DNA from: Phyllosticta citribraziliensis
Taxonomy: Eukaryota
Direction: 5' to 3'
Assembly: GCF_038025025.1 (NCBI RefSeq)
Contig: NW_027117343.1
Location: forward strand, 1,798,001 to 1,862,000
Length of the DNA: 64,000 nt
The notes beneath the pieces were generated by a model, which did not search any database, was not told where the DNA came from, and worked only from the letters and a program-made list of their open reading frames with translations. The position numbers and the translations under genes were made by a program. Within the stretch, counting starts at the first letter, position 1, and every line of letters starts with the position of its first letter. Positions 24,076-37,460 of the stretch are shown here, one piece after another.

Positions 24076-27000
24076 ATGCTCGGTGCGAAACTGCTGCCCT
24101 CGCGCGTCTACGGCGGCAGCGAGTCGTCGCCGCGCCCCAGCTGGTACGACCGCCAGGTCTCGCCGCTGCTCCAGGCCGTGTGTCGTCGCGCCTGCACCCA
24201 CCCCATCCACACCATCGTCTTTACCGCCCTGCTCGCCAGCACCACCTACCTGAGCGTCATTGAGAGCAGCCTGTTCAATGGCCCCAGCTCCGTCACCACC
24301 TCTCTCGGCAAGGCCGACTTCACCACCTTGTTGGCCGGCAGCAAGGTCCTGAGGACTGGTCCCGCAACCGAGTGGAAGTGGCAGGCCGACGACGACCACA
24401 ATGCCACAGCCTCTGAGCAGGTACGGCGCATTCCTCAACTCTGCAACTCTCTGCTGACCCTCCAGGACACCGACCACGTCGCCTTGTTGACCCTCTTGTT
24501 CCCCGAGTCCACTCCCGCCAACGCCCCCCAGACTGCGCCTCTGAGCAAGGCCATTCCGCTGCCGCGCAACTCGTCCGCCGAGCTGCTGCCCAGCTCCTCG
24601 ACTGCCTTTTCGCAAATCTCCCACGACACCACCCTGGCCTTTTCCATACCCTACGATGAGACGCCCGAGTTTCTCGCCGCCATGCAAGAGATTCCCGCCC
24701 CCGTGGGTGCCTCTGATGCCAAAAAGGCCGACGACGGCTCGGTCGAGGAGAAGAAGTGGATCATGAAGGCCGTCAGGAATCCCAGCAAGTCGGGCGGCGT
24801 GCTCGAGCGCATCAACGACGCCTGGACCTCGTTTTTGGACCTTCTCAAGGTGCGTACTACGTCGACAAGAAGCGAAACGGCGCTAACCGTTGCCAGAATG
24901 CCGAAACCCTCGACATTGTCATCATGGCCTTGGGATACCTGTCAATGCACCTGACGTTTGTTTCCCTGTTCCTCTCCATGAGACGCTTGGGCTCAAACTT
25001 TTGGCTCGCCGCCACGGTGCTGTTCCAGTCCGTCTTTGCCTTTTTGTTTGGCTTGACCGTCACCACCAAGCTCGGCGTCCCCGTCAACATGGTCCTATTG
25101 TCCGAGGGCTTGCCATTCTTGGTCGTCACCATTGGATTCGAAAAACCCATTGTCCTCACCAAGGCCGTCCTCTCTGCGTCCCTCGACTCGCGCCGCCGCG
25201 TCTCCAACAGCGGCGAGAATGCCCCGCTCACCATCCAGTACGCCGTCCAGACGGCCGTCAAGGAAAAGGGCTTCGAGATTGTCCGCGACTACTTTGTCGA
25301 GATTCTCATCCTCGTGGCTGGCGCCTTTTCTGGCGTCCAGGGCGGCCTGCGCCAATTCTGCTTCTTGGCCGCTTGGATTCTCTTCTTCGACGCCCTCTTG
25401 CTGCTTACCTTTTACACGGCCATTCTGACCATCAAGCTCGAAATCAACCGCATCAAGCGTCATGTGGCGCTGCGCAAGGCGTTGGAGGATGACGGCGTCA
25501 GCCGCACCGTTGCCGAAAACGTTGCGTCCATCAACGACTGGCCCAAGCTCAACGGCTCGACCGACGGCGACGGTACCACCAAAACGACCGAGATTCCGGG
25601 CTTTGGCAAGAAGATGAGGGAGACGAGCATCCCCCGCTTCAAGGTGCTCATGGTTACTGGCTTCGTCGTTGTCAACGTCTTGAACCTGGCAACCATTCCT
25701 TTCCGCAGTGGCTACGGATCCAACATTGCGTCCTCGGGACTCTCGAGCATGGTCAACCCTGCCGCCATGGACCCTTTCAAGGTTGCTGGCAATGCGCTCG
25801 ACACCATTTTGGTTGCTGCCAAGGACAAGGACACTGCTACCCTCGTAACTGTTCTGGCACCCATCAAGTACGAGCTCGAGTACCCGTCGATTCACTACGC
25901 TGCTCCCGCGGCGACCTCGGGCCTTTTCGCCGGCGAATACAAGGACCAGCTCATGGACGGCATGGGCGGTCGTGTTGTCGAAGGTGTTCTCAAGAGCCTC
26001 GAGGACCCTGTCCTGAGCAAGTGGATCATTGTCGCATTGGCCCTCAGCTTGGCCTTCAACGGATACCTCTTCAACGCTGCCAGATGGTCCATCAAGGAGT
26101 CCCACCCGCCTCCCGACAAGCCCCCGGCAGAATACGAGGTCATGGACAAGTCGCCCAGCAGTGTCAGCCTCGTGGACCGCCCCGACAACATTCCGCCTAC
26201 CCCTCTCCAAGTCTCCGAGCCAAAGTTGCCTGAGCCTGCCCAGAATGGATCAATTGCCAATGGAACTGTTCCTCCGCCACATGTCCACGTCCCAACCGGC
26301 CCCACTCGTCCCATGGGCGAGTTGGAAGTCTTGCTCAAGCAAAAGAAGACGGCTGAAATGACTGACGAAGAAGTCATCGAGCTGTCCCTCTGCGGCAAAA
26401 TTCCCGGCTACGCTTTGGAAAAGACGCTGGAAAGCAAGACTCGCGCCGTCAAGGTTCGCCGTGCCGTCGTCGCCCGCACCCACGCCACCCGCCACACTTC
26501 TAGCTTGCTCGAAAAGTCGAAGCTGCCCTACGAGCACTACAACTACGACTTGGTTTACGGCGCTTGCTGCGAGAACGTCATTGGCTACCTGCCCTTGCCT
26601 GTTGGTGTCGCTGGTCCGCTGATGATTGACGGCCAAAACTACTTCCTCCCCATGGCCACTACCGAGGGTGTCTTGGTCGCGAGCACCAGTAGAGGCGCCA
26701 AGGCCATCAATGCTGGCGGCGGTGCCGTCACGGTCCTCACCAACGACGGAATGACTCGCGGTCCCTGCGTTGGCTTTGAGACTTTGGTGCGCGCGGGCCA
26801 GGCCAAGATTTGGCTCGACTCTGAAGAGGGTCAGAAGGTCATGAAGAATGCCTTCAACTCGACCAGCCGCTTCGCTCGTCTCCAAACCATCAAGACGGCG
26901 CTGGCCGGCACGTATCTGTACATTCGCTTCAAGACTACGACTGGTGACGCCATGGGCATGAACATGATTTCCAAGGGTGTTGAGCACGCCTTGAACATCA

Positions 27001-27749
27001 TGCGCAACGATTGCGGATTCGAGGACATGGCAGTCATTTCTGTTTCTGGCAACTACTGCACAGACAAGAAGCCTGCGGCCATCAACTGGATTGACGGACG
27101 CGGCAAGAGTGTCGTGGCCGAAGCCATTATTCCTGGAGAGGTTGTGAGGAACGTCCTCAAGAGCAACGTCGATGCACTTGTTGAGCTCAACATAAGCAAG
27201 AACTTGATCGGCTCGGCCATGGCTGGCAGCATTGGTGGTTTCAACGCTCACGCGGCCAACATTGTTACCGCCATTTTCCTGGCCACTGGTCAGGATCCTG
27301 CGCAAAACGTCGAGAGCAGCAACTGCATCGTCGTCATGAAAAAGTAAGTCTTTCACTGGATTTTTCAAGTGCCGCTGCTAACCTAGACTAGCCTCAACGG
27401 AAACCTCCAAATCTCCGTATCCATGCCGTGTATCGAAGTCGGCACCATTGGCGGCGGCACCATCCTCGAGCCGCAAAGCGCCATGCTCGACCTCCTGGGC
27501 GTCAGGGGCGCGCACCCGACCAGCCCCGGCGACAATGCCCGACAACTCGCTCGCATCGTGGCTGCGGCCGTCCTGGCCGGCGAACTGTCGCTCTGCAGTG
27601 CTCTCGCCGCCGGCCACTTGGTCCGCGCGCACATGAGCCACAACCGCAGCCAGGCGCCGTCGCGCGCGTCGACGCCCGCCCCGACGGGCACGCAGACGCC
27701 GACGACGCTGGCCATGACGAGCATTCAGGAGACGGCCAAGCGTCGTTAG
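24076..27749 (+). CDS. HMG1: Class I HMG-CoA reductase with HPIH and sterol-sensing domains; introns 24421-24465, 24850-24896, 27344-27391
   Basis: [65 protein letters not shown], catalytic His in HMSHNRS. Confidence 0.98.
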
Positions 27750-29518
27750 TCCTTGTATCTTTCTTCGTCTGCTGTTGCTGCTGCTGCTGCTCCCGCTGCC
27801 ATGAGTCTTCCGCCTCCTCTCTTCCTCTCTGGCCCTTCTGTGTCTCGACCGTTGGAGCTTTGGTGCCTCGCTCGTCTTGGTCTCTCCATCCCATCCTACT
27901 AGTCAACCAACACTTTCGCCGCCATCCGCATCTCGTGGCGCTCCTCCTCCGCCCATCAAGCATGATTCTTCGCTTCTCTTTTCTTCTTCTCCTTCTTCTT
28001 CGCATCGCTAGGCTTTTCTTCTTCGTCGGTGGGCCAGGTGCATACATAGAACGGCGTCGGTCAGTCAGTCAGATAATCATACAATAGTCAGATCGCGCAG
28101 CACGTGTGGTTTTTCGTCATCAGTCGGGTCGGCGTCAGATTGGTCTACACGACACGATGCCAGGAGGTGGGGTGGATGGGAGTGGGAGCTTGCTGCTGGT
28201 CTGCGCACTGCATTGCTGCACTGCTGTACTGTACGGTACACGGTACGGGATTGAGTGCGTACGTACGTACGTACGTGCGCCTGCGACCTTGAGGGTTTGC
28301 CTGCTTGTCCTCCACCTTCTGTCGCGTCTGGCTAGCAGCTCTGGTCGTGGCTTGGCTTGGCTTGGCTGGCTGGATGGCTGATTGGGTGGATTGGTGTGTT
28401 TTCTCTCCTTTTCCTTTTCTTTTCCTTCTGGTGGCTAGCGAGGATTGAGACGGACGGACGGGCGGACAAAAGGACGGGGATGGTGTGTGCAGAGAGAGAA
28501 AGAGAAAAGACAAGAACCGCCTGGTCTGGTCGTGGCTCGCGCCTCGCCTTGCCTTGCCTTGCCTCGCGTAGCATCTCCTCCCTTCCTCCGGTCGTCACTT
28601 TTCCTGCGGTTCATTCTATCTAGGAAGCATTGCCTTTGGTGGGCTGGGTTGGGTATGTTGGGTGGGGTTTAGCATCATGCATTGATTGGTTGTCGGACAG
28701 ACGGGCGGGAGGGCACGGCGGGTGGAGGTGATGGGGATAATCGGGGGTAGGGGGTAGGTGGTAAAGGCATAGTGGTATTGGTATTGGTCGTAGCAGTGGC
28801 AGCACAACCATGTATATGTAGGCCTAGCGGCGGCGGTAGTGGCGGTGGTGGTGTACTGTAATATATGCATATCCATCCATCACGCATCCATACATCCAGT
28901 GTCCTCACCTCCTTGCGGCGGTCGTGATTGGTATTGAGACGACATGGAGTCACTAGCGAAGGTGAAAAGAGGAAAGGCAAAAGAAAGGTAAAAGACTTCG
29001 TTGGATATCTATCTGCACTGCTCGCTCCGTCGATCAATCCATGCGCGTCAGCCACTCCAACTGCCAAACCTCTCCGCTCCGCTACGCTTGCTTTTTGGAT
29101 CCGCTGCACCGCACCTGCGCCGCCGAAAAACGCCAGAATATGTGTGAATAGATAGATGCCGTCCTTGGCAGAGAAAGAGGAGGAAAGGCTCGTTCGTTGG
29201 AAGACGCTTGCTTGCTCTGCTCGCATGCTGTTGGCGCGCCACCGAGGAAGAAGCAAGGAAGCCGTCGTTCGTTTGAGGCGTAGGTGTGGGTCTGAGTGGC
29301 CGGCGGGTGGGTGTCTTTCCCGTGCGATCAAGACTCGAGGAGTCTGCCTGTCTTGCTGTCCGGTGCCTCTCCTGGCGACGCTTCACGAGGCTCATACTGC
29401 CAATCCGCCCAACGACTAGCCGCTTGTCTGTGTCCTCCCACCCCTCCCCTCCCCACCCACCCAGACATCGATCAAGCCCAATCGCACTCCAGACACACGC
29501 CCCGCCTCACCCACCTCC

Positions 29519-30344
29519 TCAATATCTCCTCCGGGTGGGCTCCGGGCTCGGGCTCCGCGTAACGCTGCGCTCATCGCGGCCGCGCAGCTTCAGCCACTTC
29601 TTCGTGCTGAGCGTGAGGTCGCGCTCGAGCTCGGGCGAGGGCATCTTGCGGTGGATGAAGTTGCAGAAGCCGCCGCGCACGCAGCCCTCGCCGCTGTTGA
29701 GCCGGCAGCACGCCTCGCGGAAGTCCGTCACCGGCGACAGCTCGCAGTAGATGGGCCGCGCCGCGTACCACCGCGAGTTGAGGTCGTCGCACGCCTTTTG
29801 CGCCGAGTCTTCGTACTTGAACCGCGCGTACACGTTGCCGATGAGGTCTGTCGTCGCCCGCCAAAAAGTTGTTAGCCTCTTCTCTCTTCTTATTCTTCTT
29901 CTTCTTCTTGTCTTTGCTGCAACGCCTTTCTGCGTCACCCTATATACCCGGGGCACTTACGGTCGTTGTTATTATCGCACACCACCACCTCCTCCAGCTC
30001 GCCGTACTTGCACATCTCGCACCAAAAGTCCTCGTAGAACGCGTCAAAGTGGTTCTGCAGCTGGCTCGCGTTCATCTTGTTCTTCGGGTCGAACGCCGGG
30101 TTCTGGTACAGGTTGGGCAGCAGTACCGTCTGCGAGTACGACGGCTTGACGTGCTTGCGCGAGCACCGGTCGCCGTGCCGGCACGCGCCGATCTTGTAGT
30201 AGAAGGAGCAGTTTACCCTGCAGAAGAGCCGTTAGCTGCTGTTTGCGCCGTTGCTGCTGCGCTCTCGAGGGATGCGCAGCGCCTGGGTGGTGGGGCTTAC
30301 TTGTCTTGCTCGGTGCCGAAAATTGATGCGAGGTAGTTGGCCAT
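29519..30344 (-). CDS. U2AF1: Splicing factor U2AF small subunit, 3 exons
   Basis: MANYLASIFGTEQDK|VNCSFYYKIGACRHGDRCSRKH, UHM domain, second CCCH finger CRLNSGEGCVRGGFCNFIH, short RS-like tail. Confidence 0.97.
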
Positions 30345-30762
30345 GGTTGCGGTTTGGGGTGAGGATGTGACGGGGGAGAGGCGACGCGTGAAGTAGACGT
30401 GGTGGCAGTGGTTGAGGCGTTGGATCCATGCGGGCGGCGATGCGGATGCGGTCCGTGCTGACAAACGCCGGCGCGCCAAGCTTTCCGCTGCTGTTCCTCC
30501 GCCTCTCCGCTCTCCGCCTCCGACTTGTCACATCACAGCTTTGCCACCCGAGACCATGCTATCTCAACGTTGCGAATGCTTTCATCGAATTGGAAAAGAA
30601 TACTCTGAAAGGAATTGAGGCTAGGTCTTTGGCGAAGAAAAAGAAAACCCCACGGCTCCCATCGACCTCACACGCCGCCACCACCCCGAAAACGATCAAC
30701 ACTAAGGAATCGATGCCAGGTCTCAGGTCAAGGAAACGTCAACGCCACGCCACCCATTGATC

Positions 30763-32623
30763 TCACACCCCTGATTTTCCTTCCCACGCCGAGTCTCCAT
30801 GTTCTTGCTTTGGATACCGCTTCGTCGGCCTGAAGCACGGGAGCCACTTCTTCAAGGCCTCCGTGAAGAGCTTCCTCGTCACAGCCGCATCCGGGCTAAC
30901 ACCGAAGTCGAATCCATGCTCCGAGTTCCGCATCATTCGACCAAAGATCTCGTCTTTCTTTGACACATTGCATTTCGGGATTTTGGAGGTGATTTTTGGA
31001 TGCGGTGCGGCGGGATCTTTACTGAAAAGGGTCCAAGGAGTCCAGGGATCGAATTCTCCCGCTGTCCAGAAAGTGTTGCTGGGTCGGATGTCCCATCCAC
31101 CGTACATTTGATTTGCAACGTCTTCCGGTATACCAAGATCTTCCAGGCCCTCACAGTACTTCGGCCGGAAAGAGCTGACCAGCTGCATCGATCTGTTGTT
31201 TGAAGTTGCCAAGCCGATCGGAAACTCTGTGCATGTTTGCCAACGCCAACTTGTTGCTGCTGCCTCGTCCCAGTCCGTTTGATTTTGTGGCTCCTTGCGA
31301 AAAGAAGCCCACTGGTCGACGACAAATTTTGCACCGCGGCTTGGTGCCCATCCATCCGCTCCGGCAATAGTGCCATTGTCAGTTGTCTCAATCCAGTCGC
31401 AAAACTTGCGGAATTGATGCCCCATGCCCACGTCCCTCCAACCTTCGAAAATCCCGGACAGATTTTGCGCAAATTCGTCATTGCTCGGCACCGTAATTCC
31501 CACACGAGCACCCAGAAACTGCCTCTTGAAGGCGGCGGCCGTCTTGGGGTTTTTCAAAAGGGTGTCGATGTGGAGAATTGCTGCGTTGATGTCCTTGGAG
31601 CAATTGCCAAAGCCGTATGCATTCATTCCGCGGTAGATTTGATCATAGTAGGGGCCAAACGCTTCGCCTAGTTGAAGAGGAGCGGACGATGCATATGCGG
31701 CGAAAATAACATGAGGGTAGTACTGCCGCAGCATCGCCGCCCGATTCCCAGGATAAGACGCGCCAACAAATATCCACGGCGTCGACTCTGGCGTCAAGTC
31801 GACTTTCGGAAACTTGGGACGGGAGAAGCGGGTCGCGAAATACTCCACGTCCTTTAAGGCTTGCGCCATGGTCAGGTAACGGAATTCATTCGCTGGTGTC
31901 TCTGAAGTGATGTTGACTGGGCTAGAGTCTCCATAGTAGCGGTGTTCCCAGACGATGCCAATGCTATCGGCAATTAGCTTTTCGACTTTTGTGGGTTTTC
32001 GAGGTCTTTGCTCACCCTCCGAAGTCGTCTACCATTCTTCTGAAGAAGGAAGACCCATTCCCAAGTATGTTCGGTGCATATTCTTCTGCGTTTGCCTCCC
32101 CAACATCGTAGACGAAGACCGGAAGGCCTTGGCCCAAATAATTGGCATCAGAAACCCAATACCGATTGAGGAAAGTGCGATTTGTGCCGCCATCAAAGTG
32201 ATCCAGAGGCATTTTGATGTACTCCGGCTCGATTCTTTCGCCGCTGGATTCAACCGTGAACCCTGATTCAGATCCAGCGGTAGGCTGGGTAGTCCCACTT
32301 TGACACAACTCAGACTGCTCAGACAGCTCAGAAAGGAATGAAGGCCACGCCTGGGTGGGCAGGTTGACCAATATACTGGAGAGAATGGGTGGTATGGTCT
32401 GGGTGCCTGGCATACTTCCGTCTGGGGATCGCATCAGCATACTGAAGTAACAACCTCGTCTCATCTCACTGGACGGGAACAAACTTGGATAAGAGCCTTG
32501 TTGGGCCATCTGGTCCCTTTTCCATGCGGCCGACCCATGGAGGCCGAGATTCTGACCGTGCGAATAGAGGATATTGAGAGAGAGGAGAGATAGGAATACG
32601 CTGATCCTGCCTGCGGAAAACAT
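30763..32623 (-). CDS. Secreted serine peptidase family S28; intron 32015-31964, further N-terminal introns possible
   Basis: Signal-like N-terminus; PLDHF..RYWV; spliced GGIGIVWEHRYYGDS; QALKD; catalytic GASYPG, GEFDPW, EHGFDF; WRWQTCTEF. Confidence 0.88.
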
Positions 32624-33743
32624 GATGAAGCTTTCGACAAGTGGACAGCTCTGATCGAGTCAGCGGATTGAAGCAAGGACTTGTAAGAGATGCCGTCTGT
32701 TGATGAAGAGTGCTGGTCGAGAAGGGATCCGTGAGAGTCTCAAGAGCTCTGTCAAAGATGCTCCTCCTCTTCCTGGCTTGCGCTCCTCCTCAGCCTGCCA
32801 ATGACATCACCTAGCGAGGAAACTAAGCAGCAGCGAGCAGACTACGACGAGTTCGTGGACAATCTGGAAAGGACGATTCTCCATCATGGCTTCTGCTCTG
32901 CTCCCTTTGCATTGGAACTGCCCGAATCAAGTCGATCCATCCCCTCGCCAATGAATGAGGCGGTCGAGTTTAGAAAGCAGGAGCTGCACGAGGCAGTCGC
33001 GATATCACACCCAGCATGCGGAACGTTCCAAGAGAACAACTTTCCAAGTCTCCTGGCACGAGGATGAACACTCCAGCTCTTCTTGTACGTCGAGCACGGA
33101 AAAAACTCCGAGGGTCTACGAACATGCGGTCAGTCAAGTAATCAGGCGCCCAGGTCCTTCACACTCACTTCCAAAGACCACGCTCAGCATTGCCCTTTTG
33201 CGAGATTTATTCTTCGATCAATGTACCACCGCCGGAAAGAACTTCTTATCAAAGACAACAGTCATCAAGTTAACTTGTCTTCTCTCTGGAATCGGTCCAG
33301 AGCCATCCGCGTGAGCTCTGACCATCCAGAAAGGGGTCTTTGAACATCCCAACCAATCACCGCCAACGTCGGGCCGAACCTGACTGGTGCACGCCGCCAT
33401 CTTCCAGCCTGAATCTATCGAACAATCCGTCTCCCCGAGGAAAAATGTGGAATGATTTATCAGTGAACGAAGTAAACCTCGGCGCCCCCCGAGTCCGAGG
33501 CGAAGCGGAGCGCTGTTCCGAGATCCTCCTCTGTTCAAGTGCTGCTAGCTCGTCAATAGTCGTCACTGTGACCAGCTGCCTCAAGTCACTGTAGAATCAT
33601 CGCGTCTTCGTCTGCTCGGTGTGTCCGTATAAGAAAGCGCCGAAGCGTCCCATCGCCGACGTGGGATCCCAGCACATTTTTTCTTCTCGCCCCTTTTTTT
33701 ACGTTCTTCCTGACGTACGGTTCATTACAAGTCATCCGCCAAA

Positions 33744-35674
33744 ATGTCCGAATCATGGAGTCCTCCTCGTGAATATCAGACGCGACCTATTGCCGTCCTT
33801 GGAGGCGGTGTCCTTGGCCGTCGGATCGGTGGGCAAATCCCTACTCCTTCGAAGAGCTCGCTCTGACGTATTGAAAGCATCGTGCTGGGTGGCCGCCGGG
33901 TACACCGTGAACATTCGCGAGCCAAGCGAACAGCAGCGCATCGCGGCGCTGAAGTACATTGAAGAAAATCTCCCGACTTATGTCAAGTTCACAGGCAGGA
34001 CGCCCGGCAGGGCGTTTGTCCACGAGGATCTGCCAACCGCCCTTCAAAATGCCTGGATGGCGTTTGAATGCGTACCCGAGAGTCGACAGATCAAGATCGA
34101 CACCTTCGCCGAGCTGGAAGCGCTCGCTCCTCGAGACTGCATCTTGGCCACAAATTCGTCTTCGTACAAGTCCGCCGACTTGATTGGGAAAATTAACAAT
34201 GTCACCAAACGACGCGTGCTCAACACTCACTATTTTATGCCTCCTGCGATGATGCCCGTCGAGCTCATGACTTGCGGATCTACCGCTCCCGAAATCTTTC
34301 CTTTCCTTGTCGAACGGTTCAAGGAGACCGGTGCGAGTCCGTATGTTGCGAGGCAGGAGTCGACGGGCTTCATCTTCAATCGCCTGTGGGCGGCAATCAA
34401 GCGCGAGATTTTGACGATTCTTGCGGAGGGCGTTTCTGTTCCCAATGAGCTGGATGCGATGTGGAAGCAAATCATCCTCGACCCGAAGAGCGAGCCTTGC
34501 AAGATGATGGACAGTAAGCGCACTCCGTTTCTCTGTTGATTTTGGGAGCTGACAATTTGAAGTCGTCGGTCTTGATACGGTCGCCTTGATTGAGGAGCAC
34601 TACGTCAAGGAGCGTGGCCTCCCTTCTTTCCCTGTAGACTTCTTGCGCAAAACCTACCTTGAGCAGGGCAAGCTGGGAAAGAAGCCTGGCTCCAAGGGCG
34701 GACTCATCGACTTCAATAGCGCTTCTCAACCACCGGCTCCATCCCCCAAGTTGATTGCCCTGGACATGGGCTTCTCTGGTCCAGTAACCAAGTTTTCCCA
34801 AGGAAGAGTGGTCGAGATTTCTTCCGACGGCAAGATTCTGCGTACACTATTCGAGAACGAACTGCTGCCAGACGGCGTCGACGTTTCTCACGCCGACAAC
34901 CGCATCTTCTGGACCTGCATGGGCATGCCCGGCGCACACGATGGCGCCATCTACTCGGCCAACCTCGACGGCAGCGACAGACGCACTCTCGTCTCCGGAG
35001 GCGTCATCAACACGCCCAAGCAGCTCGTCATCGAGCACGCCTCGCGAAAGCTGTACTTCAGCGACCGCGAGGGGCTGCGCGTGATGCGCTGCAACTTCGA
35101 CGGCTCGGACCTCGAGACCCTGATCCAAAATGGCGACAGCAACGACGCGGCGCAACGCAACGACCTCAGCCGGTGGTGCGTCGGCATCACGGTCGTGCCG
35201 CAGCTCGGCAAATTCTTCTGGACGCAAAAGGGATTGCCCAAGAGCAACACGGGCCGCATCTTTTGCGCAAACATCGCCACGCCGCCTGGCCAGTCACCCA
35301 GCTCCCGAACTGACGTCCAGTGCGTCCTGGAGGGTCTGCCGGAGCCCATCGATCTCGAATTCCACGCCGAGACCAGCTCGCTCTATTGGACCGACCGTGG
35401 CGAGCTGCCGTTTGGTAACTCGCTGAACCGCATCCAGATTGATGCGTCTGGCGCGGCTGTGCCTTTCAATGGACTCACCGAGGGGCGCTTCAAGCACCAG
35501 ATTGTGGCGAGGAAGTTCAACGAGGCGATTGGGCTGAGGATAGATGCGAAGAACGGCCATGTCTACGTGTCGGATCTGGGCGGAAGTCTGTACAGGGTGA
35601 ATCTGGATGGAAGTGGCAGGACGAGGCTTCTGTTGGATGACAACTGCACGTTTACTGGCATTGCGCTGTTGTAG
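33744..35674 (+). CDS. 3-hydroxyacyl-CoA dehydrogenase fused to a C-terminal YWTD (LDL-receptor class B-like) beta-propeller; introns 33829-33877, 34514-34562
   Basis: Rossmann IAVLGGGVLGRRI; ECVPE, ATNSSS, HYFMPP, GFIFNRLWAA, MMDIVGLDTV; then propeller blades IFWTC, LYFSDREG, FFWTQ, LYWTDRG, VYVSD. Confidence 0.9.
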
Positions 35675-35804
35675 GCGGCTTGACGTGTGGAATTTGCATA
35701 GCGTATGGAGCTGGATAGACATGAAAGTAACGTGAAATTTCTTCGTTCCTCATGGCAGAGTCAACCAATCGCCGTATTTAACGTGTTTGCTCCTCTTTTC
35801 TTAC

Positions 35805-36623
35805 TCATTGGCCCTGAAGCTTCTCCCGAGCCTCCCTGATGGCCTCCTCGATGTGCTGAGCGTTGATTTCCGGGTAGCTGAGGAACGCACTGTGAGAGCC
35901 CGGGTTGCGCTTGATCGACACATCGCCCAAAGAACCAGCCATCGCTTCCTGGATTGCCGGCAGGAGGATAGTGTCACTTTCGCAGATGAAGTACGCCGTC
36001 GGAATCTCGTGCCACGGCTCGCACGTCGATTTGCCGGCAAAGACGCCTGCCGACGTGTGCGTAAGTCGCGCGTGCCACTTCTGCTGCTTGATGGGCGGAA
36101 GGTCGGGCATTGAGAATGAGGCGTCGACATCGACGAAGACGCGGCCGTCCTGATCTACTGTCAGCGACTGCGTTTCGACACATTCGAGCCAGACAGGAGC
36201 ACTTACTTCGTTCCGCATCCACGGCAGAGGCTCTCCGCCGGGTAGCATGTCCATGAGGCTCTTTCCCTTGGGGATGGCAAAGGCAGCTTGGTAGATGAGG
36301 ACGAGGATTTCGCCCTTCTTGCCCTCCGCCCTCCGCTGCTTGAGTCCTAGGCCTTCACTGGCGCAGGATCCAACCACACCGCCGTACGAATGCAGCAGAA
36401 CAACAACATCCTTTTCTTCTTCCTCAATCAGCTGCAGGAGGAGCCGTCTCAGTGATGCAGCGTCGCCCTCCAAAGTCCCCGTAGGCGGTTCCGCCCCCAC
36501 AGAAGGGTGGTCGACGGCGTGAGTCACATATCCCCTCTCTTTCAAGATGGCCCTGAGCGGATCGAAGCAGTCCGACGGCTGCCATGCTCCTGGGACAAAG
36601 ACTATTTCGGGTGTCGAAGCCAT
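35805..36623 (-). CDS. Alpha/beta hydrolase (Abhydrolase_6-like esterase); probable in-frame intron 36206-36150
   Basis: VFVPGAW oxyanion motif, nucleophile HSYGG, Asp in CESDTIL, His in GSHSAFLS. Confidence 0.88.
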   Translation of the reverse strand: MASTPEIVFVPGAWQPSDCFDPLRAILKERGYVTHAVDHPSVGAEPPTGTLEGDAASLRRLLLQLIEEEEKDVVVLLHSYGGVVGSCASEGLGLKQRRAEGKKGEILVLIYQAAFAIPKGKSLMDMLPGGEPLPWMRNEVSAPVWLECVETQSLTVDQDGRVFVDVDASFSMPDLPPIKQQKWHARLTHTSAGVFAGKSTCEPWHEIPTAYFICESDTILLPAIQEAMAGSLGDVSIKRNPGSHSAFLSYPEINAQHIEEAIREAREKLQGQ

Positions 36624-37460
36624 TCTGATTTCTTGAGACCCGAGCTCTTGCAGACTGGATGCTTTGCGTTGCGGATGCGTACCGACACCATGGTGGTGAC
36701 CATGAGGTGGTTTAAATCTCCACACGATGCCCCGCTTTTATCGGATGCTGTGCCTCACGGATGGCCTCTCTTGGAAGGCGGCTCGTCGCTTCGGCAAGTT
36801 CGGCGTTCAGTGCGGGCCGTTAGTTCGCGTGGAGTTAAGAAGTCTCCCCGCAGACAACAAAAACGAGAAACGGGGATGTCCGCATGGCGACGGTAAGCTC
36901 AGGAAGGCCATTGGATTGGATGAAATGCTGCCAGAGTACGTAAACAATTGCGAGTCTAGAGCTGCAAGTGGAAAGTTTGCCAGTGACAAACTGGTGTTGA
37001 AGAGTTGATGTGTCTGACTGGACAAGGCCGAGGCGATGCGGGCAAGGATGCTGACTAAGGGCCAACAGTTCGGGGCTAATGCCATGGGTGACTCTTGTTC
37101 CTTGTGATGAGATGCTTTGTGGACAGAATTTGGTGTTTTATTTGACAGGAAGCCAGTCGTTATTGTAAGGTGTTCGGCAGAATGATCTGCCTGCGGGTGG
37201 CACATTCGCTCGGCTCATCTTTCAGCCGCCGCTCCCCAGCTTTCTCCTGCATCTCGCTCGCTTCGGTACCTTGTTCAGCCTGAACTGATCACTCCATTCG
37301 CGCTCTTCGACGGCCACCAGAGCACATTTGCTGCGTCATGTCGTTTTAGACGTGGACGGGACAAGGGTGGCTCCTCCGATGGCGGCGAGACGCCGTCGAC
37401 ATATAAGGCGATCGACCCGGCTGTTGGGGAATGGTCAAGTCCAAACAACATCTTTCAAAC

